Assembly (NCBI RefSeq): GCF_001457595.1
Contig: NZ_LN831039.1
Span: 5,610,001-5,642,000 of the forward strand
Origin: Mycolicibacterium smegmatis
Lineage (GTDB): Bacteria; Actinomycetota; Actinomycetes; Mycobacteriales; Mycobacteriaceae
DNA length: 32,000 bases
Direction of reading: 5' to 3'
Under the pieces are notes generated by a model. The model had not been told where the DNA came from, searched no databases, and saw only the letters and a program-made list of their open reading frames with translations. Of this stretch, positions 17,752 to 25,836 are shown in pieces; position 1 is the stretch's first letter; each line of letters starts with the position of its first letter. A program made the translations under genes and the position numbers.

Positions 17752-19333
17752 ACCGGACACCCTCACCACCGATGTGCTCGTGATCGGCGGCGGCCCGGCC
17801 GCGACGTGGGCGGCCATCTCGGCTACCGAGGCCGGCGCCCGGGTCATCCTGGTGGACAAGGGATATTGCGGTACCAGCGGCGCCACTGCGGCGGGCGGCA
17901 ACAACCTGTGGCTCATCCCGCCCGGGCCGCGCCGCGAGGAATCGGTGCGCGACCGCGAGAAGGCCGCGGGCCGGATCACCGACGCCGACTGGATGTTCCG
18001 GGTTCTCGCCACCGCGTGGGACCGCGTCGACCAACTGGCCGCGTGGGGCTACCCCTTTCCGGCCGGCTCCGACGGCAGGCCCATGCGCAGCAGCCTGCAG
18101 GGCCCTGAGTACATGCGCCGGATGCGCCGCAAGGTGCACCGCAGCGGGGTCCGCATCCTCGACCATCATCCCGCGCTCGAGTTGACGGTGGACGACGACG
18201 GCGTCGTCGACGGCGCGACCGGTATCGCGCGCCAGGAGGGCGGACGGCCCTGGCGGGTCACCGCGGGCGCGGTCGTGCTCGCCACGGGCGGAACCGCGTT
18301 CCTGTCCGGCACATTCGGCACCAACGTCGACACCGGCGACGGCCTGCTCATGGCCGCCGAACACGGCGCTGCGCTGTCGGGCATGGAGTTCAGCACGGCG
18401 TATGCGCTGGCCCCCGAATGGGGCACCCACACGAAAGGCCGGATGCTGCAGTGGGGCAGCTTCTTCGACGAGCACGGACAGCCGCTGCCCACGCAGCTCG
18501 GCCTGGGTGGACGCCAGGACGCGCAAGCCCAACTCGCGCACGGCAGGCGGGTGTTCGCGCGCATCGACCGGGCGCCCGCGCACATCCACCAGACCATGCG
18601 TGACGCGCAGCCCAACTATTTCCTGCCCCTCGACAAGGCCGGCATCGACCCGTTCACCACGGCGTACCCGGTCCGCATGGTCCACGAGGGTTCGGTGCGC
18701 GGCACGGGCGGTCTGCGCCTCACCGGACCCGACTGCGCGACAACGGTTCCCGGCCTGTACGCGGCCGGTGACGCCGCGACCCGCGAGCTCATCACCGGGT
18801 CGCGTTCGGGCGGGGGCAGCCACAACGGCTCGTGGGCGATCGCGTCGGGCACCTTCGCGGGGCGCGGCGCGGCCGAGTTCAGCCGCAGACGCACCACACG
18901 GGCCGCACGGGCCGGGGCCGAAAGCCCACTCAACGTGCGCACCCGCAATGGGGCACCGACGGTCGACGAGGTGGTGCGCGCCGCTCAGCAACACGTGCTG
19001 CCGCCGCTGCGCAGTTACCTGAAAACCGCGGAGCGCCTCGCCGAGTCGGCCGCGGCACTCGAAACGGTGTGGCGTGACATCGCCGACGGTCTGGCCCCGG
19101 TCGCCCCACGCGACACCTACAAAGTGCGTCAGGCCGTCGCGCTCGTGGCGGCGGCACGCTGGGTGACCGCGGCATCGCTGGCGCGCGCCGAGACCCGCGG
19201 CCTGCATCGGCGTGAGGACATCCCGGACACCGACGCCCGGTTCGATCACCGCATCCTGGTCGGCGGGCTCGACGAGGTGTGGACCGCACCGGATCCCGTT
19301 GCGCCCCGGCTGGTGTCGGAGGCAGTCGCATGA
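17741..19333 (+). CDS. Soluble FAD flavoprotein of the succinate dehydrogenase / fumarate reductase / L-aspartate oxidase superfamily; AsfA-like
   Basis: The ATG at 17741 follows GAGGTGG and overlaps the ATPase gene by 11 nt. The dinucleotide fold is DVLVIGGGPAATWAAISATEAGARVILVDK. Also present are VVLATGG, GLYAAGDAA and the C-terminal ARAETRGLHRREDIPDTD motif typical of SdhA/FrdA/NadB-type proteins. It is 530 aa. I saw no hydrophobic helix consistent with a membrane anchor. Confidence 0.8.
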   Translation: MTGRPDTLTTDVLVIGGGPAATWAAISATEAGARVILVDKGYCGTSGATAAGGNNLWLIPPGPRREESVRDREKAAGRITDADWMFRVLATAWDRVDQLAAWGYPFPAGSDGRPMRSSLQGPEYMRRMRRKVHRSGVRILDHHPALELTVDDDGVVDGATGIARQEGGRPWRVTAGAVVLATGGTAFLSGTFGTNVDTGDGLLMAAEHGAALSGMEFSTAYALAPEWGTHTKGRMLQWGSFFDEHGQPLPTQLGLGGRQDAQAQLAHGRRVFARIDRAPAHIHQTMRDAQPNYFLPLDKAGIDPFTTAYPVRMVHEGSVRGTGGLRLTGPDCATTVPGLYAAGDAATRELITGSRSGGGSHNGSWAIASGTFAGRGAAEFSRRRTTRAARAGAESPLNVRTRNGAPTVDEVVRAAQQHVLPPLRSYLKTAERLAESAAALETVWRDIADGLAPVAPRDTYKVRQAVALVAAARWVTAASLARAETRGLHRREDIPDTDARFDHRILVGGLDEVWTAPDPVAPRLVSEAVA

Positions 19334-19731
19334 TCGAGATCGTCAGCCGCTCGGCGTGTATCGCGTGCGACGTGTGCGTCAAGGTGTGCCCCACCGACGT
19401 GTTCGACCGCGGCGACGACGGCATCCCGGTGATCGCGCGGCAGTCCGACTGCCAGACGTGCTTCATGTGTGAGGCCTACTGCCCCACCGACGCGCTCTAC
19501 GTCGCACCCGTCTCCGAGCCGGTCGGCCCGGACAGCCCGCACGCCGACGAGACCGCGGTGCGCAGTGCCGGGCTGTTCGGGCAGTACCGCGCGCTCATCG
19601 GCTGGGGGCAGGGCCGCACACCGGGGGCACGCTTGGACAAGAACGCGGTGCTCACGTCGGTGCCCCCGCTGTCCGAGTCGCGGTTACCCGCTCCCGCCGA
19701 GCTTGCCGACGATCCGTGGAGTCACGCGTAG
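19330..19731 (+). CDS. 2x[4Fe-4S] ferredoxin; AsfB-like partner of the flavoprotein
   Basis: The ATG at 19330 overlaps the flavoprotein stop (ATGA). There are two CxxCxxCxxxCP motifs (CIACDVCVKVCP and CQTCFMCEAYCP). The protein is 133 aa with a ~60-aa C-terminal extension. Confidence 0.85.
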   Translation: MIEIVSRSACIACDVCVKVCPTDVFDRGDDGIPVIARQSDCQTCFMCEAYCPTDALYVAPVSEPVGPDSPHADETAVRSAGLFGQYRALIGWGQGRTPGARLDKNAVLTSVPPLSESRLPAPAELADDPWSHA

Positions 19732-19734
19732 GCG

Positions 19735-22086
19735 TCAGAGCTTCTGCAGCGGCGCGTGGTTGTGCATGAGCTTGACGCGGCCGGCGCTGCCGAAGTCGAT
19801 GAGCGACATCGCGGATTCGCCGGTGCCCGCGACCTCCTCGACGCGGCCGAGACCGTACTTGTCGTGGGTCACGCGGTCACCAGGCTGTAGCACCATCAAC
19901 GGCTTGTTGCGGCCACCGCCGGGGCGGTTCGGCGAGGGCCGCGGTGAACCGAAGCCGATACCGCCGCCGCCGGAGGAGGACATGCGGCCCGGTGCGGCGT
20001 ACGCCGGCGTGGGCGCCTCGATGCGGCGCCAGTCGATGAGTTCCTGCGGGATCTCGCGCAGGAAGCGCGATTCCGGGTTGAGCATGGGCTGCCCCCACGA
20101 CGAGCGCACCTTGGCCCGGCTGAGGTAGAGCCGCTGGCGGGCGCGCGTGATGCCGACGTAGGCCAGGCGGCGTTCCTCGGACAGTTCGTTAGGGTCACCG
20201 AGTGCCCGCATGTGCGGGAACATGCCGTCCTCCCAACCGGTGACGAACACCGCGGGGAACTCCAGGCCCTTGGCGGTGTGCAGCGTCATCATCGTCACCA
20301 CACCGGAGCCCTCTTCGGGGATGTCGTCGGCGTCGGCGACCAGCGACACCCGCTCGAGGAACTGCGCCAGCACGCCCGTGTCGGGGATGTCCTCGTCGAC
20401 GGGCTCGTCGCTCTCCTCGGCCAGGGCCTGTGCGTTGGCCAGGTCGATGCTGAACTCGTGTGCGACGCTGACCAATTCGTTGAGGTTGTCGAGACGGGCC
20501 AGATCCTGCGGATCGCTCGACGCCTCGAGCTCACGGCGGTAGCCGGTGCGTTCCAGCACGGCCTCCACGAGGTCGCCGAGTTCTTCGTCGAGCTTGCCCC
20601 GCAGGTCGTCGAGCATCTGTACGAAGCTCGCGATGCACTTCTCCGAGCGTGTGTTGAGCATCGGCACGCGGCCCTCGGCGGCGGCCTGCAGCGCCTCGTT
20701 GAAGCTCACGCCGGTGTTCTCGGCGTACACCGCGACGCACGCCTCGGCACGGTCGCCGATGCCGCGGCGCGGCGTGTTGAGGATGCGCCGCATGCTCACC
20801 GAGTCGCCGGGATTGTCGAGCACGCGCAGGTAGGCGACGATGTCGCGGATCTCGCGGCGCTCGTAGAACCGCACGCCGCCGACGACCTTGTACGGGATGC
20901 CCGCGCGGATGAACACCTCTTCCAGCGCACGCGAGGAGTTGTTGGTGCGGTAGAACACCGCGATGTCGTTGTAGTTGTAGCCGTGCCGGTCGGTGAGCGC
21001 GTCGATCTCGTCGGCGACGAACCGGGCCTCGTCGTGCTCGTTGTCGGCGACGTAGCCGACGATCAGCTCACCCTGGCCTGCGTCGGTCCACAGGCGCTTC
21101 TCGCGACGCCCGGTGTTGCGGGCGATCACCGCGTTCGCGGCGTTGAGGATCGTCTGCGTCGACCGGTAGTTCTGTTCCAGCAGGATCGTCGTCGCGTCGG
21201 GGAAGTCGCGCTCGAAGTCCTCGATGTTGCGGATCGTCGCGCCGCGGAACGCGTAGATCGACTGGTCGGCGTCACCCACCACGCACAGCTCCGACGGCGG
21301 CACGCCGTCGTGGTCCTCGAGGTGGTGCCCGACGAGCTCACGCACCAGCACGTACTGCGCATGGTTGGTGTCCTGGTACTCGTCGACCAGGATGTGCCGG
21401 AACCGGCGCCGGTAGTACTGCGCGATCTGCGGGAACGCCTGCAGCACCGCGACCGTCTCCCCGATGAGGTCGTCGAAGTCCAGCGCATTGGCCGCGCGCA
21501 GCCGGCGCTGGTATTCGCCGTACACCTGCGCGATGACGGTGGCCATCTCGTCGGAGGCCTCGGACGCCTCGGCGGCGGCCTGTTCGGGGCCGATCAGCTC
21601 GTTCTTGAGGTTGGAGATCCCGTTGGCCAGCAGCCGCGGCGAGTACCGCTTGGTGTCCAGGCCCAGATCCTTGCCGATCATCATCAGCAGGCGCCGGGAA
21701 TCGTCGGAGTCGTAGATCGAGAAGTTCGAGTTCAGCCCGGGCAGCAGCGACGCCTGGTTGCGCAGGATCCGCACGCACGTCGAGTGGAACGTCGACACCC
21801 ACATGGCCTTGGCCCGCGGCCCCACCAGTTGCACCACGCGCTCGCGCATCTCGGCGGCGGCCTTGTTGGTGAACGTGATGGCCAGTACCTGCCCCACCCC
21901 GACCTCGCGCTCAGCGAGCAGGTACGCGATGCGCCGGGTCAGCACGGCAGTCTTTCCCGAACCCGCGCCCGCGACGATCAGCAGGGGCGAACCCTCGTGG
22001 AGCACCGCCTGACGCTGCTGCGGGTTCAGGCCGTCCAGGAGCTGGTCGGTTTCGGCGGCGAAGGGGGTGGCAGAGGGGGAAGTCAT
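19735..22086 (-). CDS. uvrD1: ATP-dependent DNA helicase UvrD1 (PcrA/UvrD superfamily 1)
   Basis: This 783-aa ORF has LNPQQRQAV, Walker A (AGAGSGKTAVLTRR), motif II (VDEYQDTN), TLHTAKGLEF and VGITRA. The C-terminal Tudor-like tail reads GDRVTHDKYGLGRVEEV. It is divergent from chorismate mutase, like Rv0949/Rv0948c. Confidence 0.95.
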   Translation of the reverse strand: MTSPSATPFAAETDQLLDGLNPQQRQAVLHEGSPLLIVAGAGSGKTAVLTRRIAYLLAEREVGVGQVLAITFTNKAAAEMRERVVQLVGPRAKAMWVSTFHSTCVRILRNQASLLPGLNSNFSIYDSDDSRRLLMMIGKDLGLDTKRYSPRLLANGISNLKNELIGPEQAAAEASEASDEMATVIAQVYGEYQRRLRAANALDFDDLIGETVAVLQAFPQIAQYYRRRFRHILVDEYQDTNHAQYVLVRELVGHHLEDHDGVPPSELCVVGDADQSIYAFRGATIRNIEDFERDFPDATTILLEQNYRSTQTILNAANAVIARNTGRREKRLWTDAGQGELIVGYVADNEHDEARFVADEIDALTDRHGYNYNDIAVFYRTNNSSRALEEVFIRAGIPYKVVGGVRFYERREIRDIVAYLRVLDNPGDSVSMRRILNTPRRGIGDRAEACVAVYAENTGVSFNEALQAAAEGRVPMLNTRSEKCIASFVQMLDDLRGKLDEELGDLVEAVLERTGYRRELEASSDPQDLARLDNLNELVSVAHEFSIDLANAQALAEESDEPVDEDIPDTGVLAQFLERVSLVADADDIPEEGSGVVTMMTLHTAKGLEFPAVFVTGWEDGMFPHMRALGDPNELSEERRLAYVGITRARQRLYLSRAKVRSSWGQPMLNPESRFLREIPQELIDWRRIEAPTPAYAAPGRMSSSGGGGIGFGSPRPSPNRPGGGRNKPLMVLQPGDRVTHDKYGLGRVEEVAGTGESAMSLIDFGSAGRVKLMHNHAPLQKL

Positions 22087-22095
22087 CTCGGCTCA

Positions 22096-22117
22096 AACCT
22101 ACCGCGCGTCGCCGACA
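22096..22117 (-). promoter_or_regulatory. Candidate RecA-independent DNA-damage (RecA-NDp / PafBC-type) promoter of uvrD1
   Basis: The minus strand reads aTGTCGgcg (22118-22110), then 8 nt (ACGCGCGG), then TAGGTT (22101-22096). This matches the published tTGTCRgtg-N8-TAnnnT motif with exact spacing. The hexamer ends 9 nt before the uvrD1 ATG (22086), implying a 2-3 nt leader. Confidence 0.5.
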
Positions 22118-22322
22118 TCCTTTGCGATGGGACGACATGTGGTGGCACACTCGATACGTGCTCATTGAGCAGAGGCGATTTTTCTACGGGTACCGGCCTG
22201 CGGTGCCCGTGGTCTAGCTGCCTTCCCCTTCCCAGCCCCGCGGTCCGCATCCGGATCCGGGGCTCGTCTCTTGTGTGAGGCCCGATCACCGGATGGGACC
22301 CCCACACGATGAGGAGCCTCAC

Positions 22323-22589
22323 ATGCCTGAGACCATCGATGCCGTGCCTGAGATCGATGACCTGCGTCGTGAGATCGACGAACTCGACGCCACCATCATC
22401 GCCGCCATCCAGCGGCGCACCGAAGTGTCGAAGACCATCGGTAAAGCACGCATGGCATCGGGCGGTACCCGCCTGGTCCACAGCCGTGAGATGAAGGTCA
22501 TCGAGCGCTACATCGACGCGCTCGGCCCGGAGGGCAAGGACCTCGCGATGCTGTTGCTGCGCCTCGGCCGCGGCCGCCTCGGGTACTAG
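22323..22589 (+). CDS. Intracellular AroQ-class chorismate mutase (Rv0948c homologue)
   Basis: VPEIDDLRREIDELDATIIAAIQRRTEVSKTIGKARMASGGTRLVHSREMKVIERY...LLLRLGRGRLGY is nearly identical to my memory of Rv0948c. The ATG at 22323 has GAGGAG 6 nt upstream. An upstream in-frame GTG at 22275 (MRPDHR...) is the alternative start. Confidence 0.9.
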   Translation: MPETIDAVPEIDDLRREIDELDATIIAAIQRRTEVSKTIGKARMASGGTRLVHSREMKVIERYIDALGPEGKDLAMLLLRLGRGRLGY

Positions 22590-22682
22590 CGCTCGGCCTC
22601 GTGCGCCGAGTGTGCGCTTTCATACGCCCGCGGCGGCGCGTCGGGGATGAAACCGCACGGTCGGCGGGAAGTCAGCGGGAAG

Positions 22683-24692
22683 TCAGCGTGGCTTGCCCGG
22701 CGGCAGCTTCTTGAGCGAGTCGACCAGCCACGGCGTCAGCCATTCCACGGCCTCGGCAGTGGGATGCACACCGTCGCTGCGCATCCGGATGCCGTCCACG
22801 CGCGCGGTGTAGGCGCCGTTGGGGTTGAGCTTGGCGTTGAAGTCGAGCACCGACACGTTGGGCCGCTTGGCGGCGACGTCGCGCAGGATCGTGTTCCACG
22901 CCCGCACGCGTGACGGCTGGTCCTCGGGGTACAGGCTGCCGTCCGCGCGTTCGCCGCGGCGCGTGTAGGGCGCGGTCGTGACGACGACGCGTGCGCCGGT
23001 CGAACCGAGGATGTCCAGAGCCCGCTGTAGTTCGGCGGTGAGGTAGTCGTCGTAGGCGTCCTCACCGATGTGGGTCCAGTGGCCCTCGTGCTTGCGGTCG
23101 ACGATCTCCCAGCGACCGATCATCAGCAGCACCGTGTCGGGGCGGTCGTGCCGGATGCGCTGGGTCCAGCGGGCGGGCCACGTGTCGCACTCGGGTTTCT
23201 GGTTGAGGGTCTCCCCTGCCGACCGGTACGGCCCGCCGCGCGCGATACCGCAGCCGATGGTCGTGTAGTTGCTGAACGCCAGGCCCGGCGTGGCGGGCAG
23301 ATAACGCATCAACGTCCACGCGACCGAATCACCGAACACCGCGACGCTGTGGGTTCCCGGTGCCCGGCGTGCGGGCGCAGGTCCCAGAACAGGCCGTTCG
23401 GCACCCACGTCGGGCTGCACCGCGGCGGCCGACATGACGTCGGGCCCCAGCGGCGTGGGCTGCGGGGGCGTGACGGGCACGACGGTCAGGGTGACGACGG
23501 CAGCGGTCGCCGCCGTGGCCGCGGCCAGCGGCAGCATCGGCACATGCTGTGGCCGCCAGCGCCGCACGGGTTGTTCGACGAACCGCCACGACACCCACGC
23601 GAGCGCGATCGTCACCCCGAAGCGCAGCGCGACCAGCGACCATCCCGTCAGCCCCGTGCGTTCGCCGTTGAGGATCAAGAACAGCGGCCAGTGCCACAGG
23701 TACACGCCGTACGAGATCGCACCGAGCGCGACGAGTGGCCGCCACCCCAGCGCCCTGGCCACCCAGCCGTACTGGTCGAGGGCGACGGGCACGATCACCA
23801 GCACCGCTGCGGCCGCGACGATGATCAGCAGGCCGTGCCGGAAGTCCTCGGCGTCGCCTGTGGCCAAGTGCGCGGCGGCGCCCAGCACGGCGAGTCCGAA
23901 CACCGGGAGCACCCACGCGATCCAGCGCCGCCACCGCGCGCGGATCAGGGTCCCCGACACCGTGAGTGCCGACCAGTCGCGCACCAGCAGCGCCGCGGCC
24001 GCGGCGCCGAGCAGCAGACCCTGCGCGCGGAAGTCGGTGCCGAAGTAGACGCGGTTCAGGGTGTCGGTGTTGACGGCCACGATCGCGCAGGCCGCCGAGG
24101 CGGCCGCACCGGCCGTCGCGATCACGACCACCGCGATGCGCACGGCGCGGGCCCCGCGCCGGCGCAACAGGAGCACGGCGAACAGCACCAGGAGCGGCCA
24201 GACGAGGTAGTACTGCTCTTCGACCCCGAGTGACCAGGTGTGCTGCAGGGGCGACGGCGGCGCGCCCTGTGAGAAGTAGTCGGCCTGCTGGGCGACGAAA
24301 GCCCAGTTGGCCACCCAGAAGAACGCCGCGACGGCGTCGTCGCGCAGCGAGGTCACCGCATCGGGCGGGAACAGCTCGCGCGCGGCGACGACCGCGAGGG
24401 TCATGACGAGCAGCGCGGGCAGCAGGCGCCGGGCACGACGGATCCAGAAGCCCTTGAGGTCGACGCGGCCGGTGCGGGCGAACTCGTCGAGCAGCAACGA
24501 CGTGATCAGGAATCCGCTGAGCACGAAGAAGATGTCGACGCCGATGAATCCCCCCGCCACGCCGGGCACACCGGCGTGGCCGGCCAGGACCAACAGGACC
24601 GCGATGGCCCGGATGCCGTCGAGTGCGGGGATCTCGCCGCGCGCAGGGAGGGTCCGACGGCGACCGGCAGCACGGACTGGCGCCGCAGTCAC
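22683..24692 (-). CDS. Membrane acyltransferase-3 (OafA/YrhL-type) fused to a C-terminal SGNH hydrolase domain
   Basis: This is a 669-aa ORF with a GTG start at 24692 and AGGAGG 8 nt upstream. The AT3 N-terminus reads LDGIRAIAVLLVLAGH...GVDIFFVLSGFLIT and is followed by about 10 TM helices. The SGNH domain has the block I motif VAVFGDSVAW and the catalytic block V motif DGVHPT. Confidence 0.85.
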   Translation of the reverse strand: MTAAPVRAAGRRRTLPARGEIPALDGIRAIAVLLVLAGHAGVPGVAGGFIGVDIFFVLSGFLITSLLLDEFARTGRVDLKGFWIRRARRLLPALLVMTLAVVAARELFPPDAVTSLRDDAVAAFFWVANWAFVAQQADYFSQGAPPSPLQHTWSLGVEEQYYLVWPLLVLFAVLLLRRRGARAVRIAVVVIATAGAAASAACAIVAVNTDTLNRVYFGTDFRAQGLLLGAAAAALLVRDWSALTVSGTLIRARWRRWIAWVLPVFGLAVLGAAAHLATGDAEDFRHGLLIIVAAAAVLVIVPVALDQYGWVARALGWRPLVALGAISYGVYLWHWPLFLILNGERTGLTGWSLVALRFGVTIALAWVSWRFVEQPVRRWRPQHVPMLPLAAATAATAAVVTLTVVPVTPPQPTPLGPDVMSAAAVQPDVGAERPVLGPAPARRAPGTHSVAVFGDSVAWTLMRYLPATPGLAFSNYTTIGCGIARGGPYRSAGETLNQKPECDTWPARWTQRIRHDRPDTVLLMIGRWEIVDRKHEGHWTHIGEDAYDDYLTAELQRALDILGSTGARVVVTTAPYTRRGERADGSLYPEDQPSRVRAWNTILRDVAAKRPNVSVLDFNAKLNPNGAYTARVDGIRMRSDGVHPTAEAVEWLTPWLVDSLKKLPPGKPR

Positions 24693-24822
24693 GTCATGAC
24701 CTCCTGTCTGGCGTATGAGCCCAGAAGTTTAGGGGTCGGTGACGGTCGAATCCGGAAGGCGCGCCACGGGTCGGCGGTTCGCGGTTTAGGATCTGCGCAA
24801 CACCCCATCGCGAAGTCCGGCC

Positions 24823-25836
24823 ATGACTCTTTCGCCCACTGTCAAGCAGGTCGCGGCGGTCCTGACCGTCGTCGTGCCGCTGTTCGTCCCCGAAGTGGTG
24901 CTGAGCTTCACGCCGTTTCACGCCGACGCCGCGATGGTCATGGCAGGCATGCTGCCGACGGTGCTGGCCTGGGTGTTCGCTCCGCGTTACGCCGCAGGCG
25001 CGGCAGTGCTTGCGGCGCTGGCGAATACGCTCGCGGTGCTCGCGTTCGGCAACCTCGCGCTCACGGCCCTGCTGGCCGGCGCGCTCGCATTGCTGGTGGG
25101 GCTGAGTGCACGGCGCGGTCTGCACATCGTCGGGATGTTCATCGCGGTGCAACCGCTGATCACGCTCGTCGCGGGCTTCCCGACGGTCGAACTCAGCGGT
25201 CAGACGCCCGGCACCGGTGGCCAGGCGGTGCTGTGTGGGGTGTTCGCGCTGGGCGGCGGCCTGTGGGCGCTGGCGGTGGGCGCGTTGATGCTGCGCGACG
25301 AGGTGGTCGGCCCGCCCGATCCGGTGCCGGTGCCGATCGTCGGGTTCTACACCGCGGCACTGCTGTTGATGCTCGTGCCGGGCACCGTGGTGGCGGCGTC
25401 GTGGTTCCTGCACACCACCGCGGGGTGGCTGCTCGCGACGATCGTTCTGGTGACCCGCCCTACCTATGACGAGTCACGCCGCATGATCGTCGAGCGGTCG
25501 CTGGGCACGGTTGTCGGTGGTCTCGCCGCGGCCGGTGTCGCGCTGGTGGTGCAGAACGGCCTGGCACTGGTGCTTCTGGGCACCGCGGCCATGGTCGTGG
25601 CCGCGGTGCTGCAGCTCATGCATGCCCGCTACGCGTACTTCGCCGGGTTCCTCACCGCGGCCCTCGTGCTGGTCAACGCCGAACGCGCCGACGTGCTGAC
25701 CACGGGCGCCGAGCGGATCCTGTGGACCGTTCTCGGTGCGCTGGCCGTGGCCGCTGTGGTGACCACGGCCGAAGCACTGCTGGGCCGCCACTCCGACAGG
25801 GCGGCGGAGGCCGCCCCGAGCCGCGCTACTTCGTGA
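24823..25836 (+). CDS. FUSC/ArAE-family (aromatic/fusaric-acid-exporter-like) integral membrane protein
   Basis: This 337-aa ORF is hydrophobic throughout. The segment RPTYDESRRMIVERSLGTVVGGLAAAG is the pattern I associate with FUSC-family proteins. The family call is less certain than the CDS call. The 3' end overlaps gabD by 11 nt, with the genes convergent. Confidence 0.65.
   Translation: MTLSPTVKQVAAVLTVVVPLFVPEVVLSFTPFHADAAMVMAGMLPTVLAWVFAPRYAAGAAVLAALANTLAVLAFGNLALTALLAGALALLVGLSARRGLHIVGMFIAVQPLITLVAGFPTVELSGQTPGTGGQAVLCGVFALGGGLWALAVGALMLRDEVVGPPDPVPVPIVGFYTAALLLMLVPGTVVAASWFLHTTAGWLLATIVLVTRPTYDESRRMIVERSLGTVVGGLAAAGVALVVQNGLALVLLGTAAMVVAAVLQLMHARYAYFAGFLTAALVLVNAERADVLTTGAERILWTVLGALAVAAVVTTAEALLGRHSDRAAEAAPSRATS

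Noticed and set aside
17561-19249. A 562-aa minus-strand ORF.
   Set aside because: It is antisense to the FAD flavoprotein gene, is Arg/Gly/Ala-rich and has no domain. The plus-strand gene has FAD-binding motifs and start/stop coupling to its neighbours.
22233-22264. An imperfect stem (AGCCCCG...CGGGGCT with an internal CCGGATCCGG) in the uvrD1/chorismate-mutase intergenic region, considered as a possible sRNA or riboswitch.
   Set aside because: The stem is short and GC-rich with a large loop. I recognise no riboswitch consensus, and it could equally be ordinary 5'-UTR structure.
20212-22278. A 688-aa plus-strand ORF.
   Set aside because: It is antisense to uvrD1, which carries all the SF1 helicase motifs. 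The composition (Val/Arg/Gly/Asp/His) is typical of antisense translation of a high-GC gene.
22592-22610. A possible terminator hairpin after chorismate mutase (CTCGGC-ctcgtgc-GCCGAG followed by ..GCGCTTTC).
   Set aside because: It has only a 6-bp stem with a weak, interrupted U-tract, which is not distinguishable from background secondary structure.
22665-22688. An 11-bp tandem duplication (cgggaagtcag x2.2) spanning the stop codon of the AT3-SGNH gene.
   Set aside because: It is too short to be a functional repeat element. The duplication does not alter the coding sequence and is most simply explained as a slippage scar.
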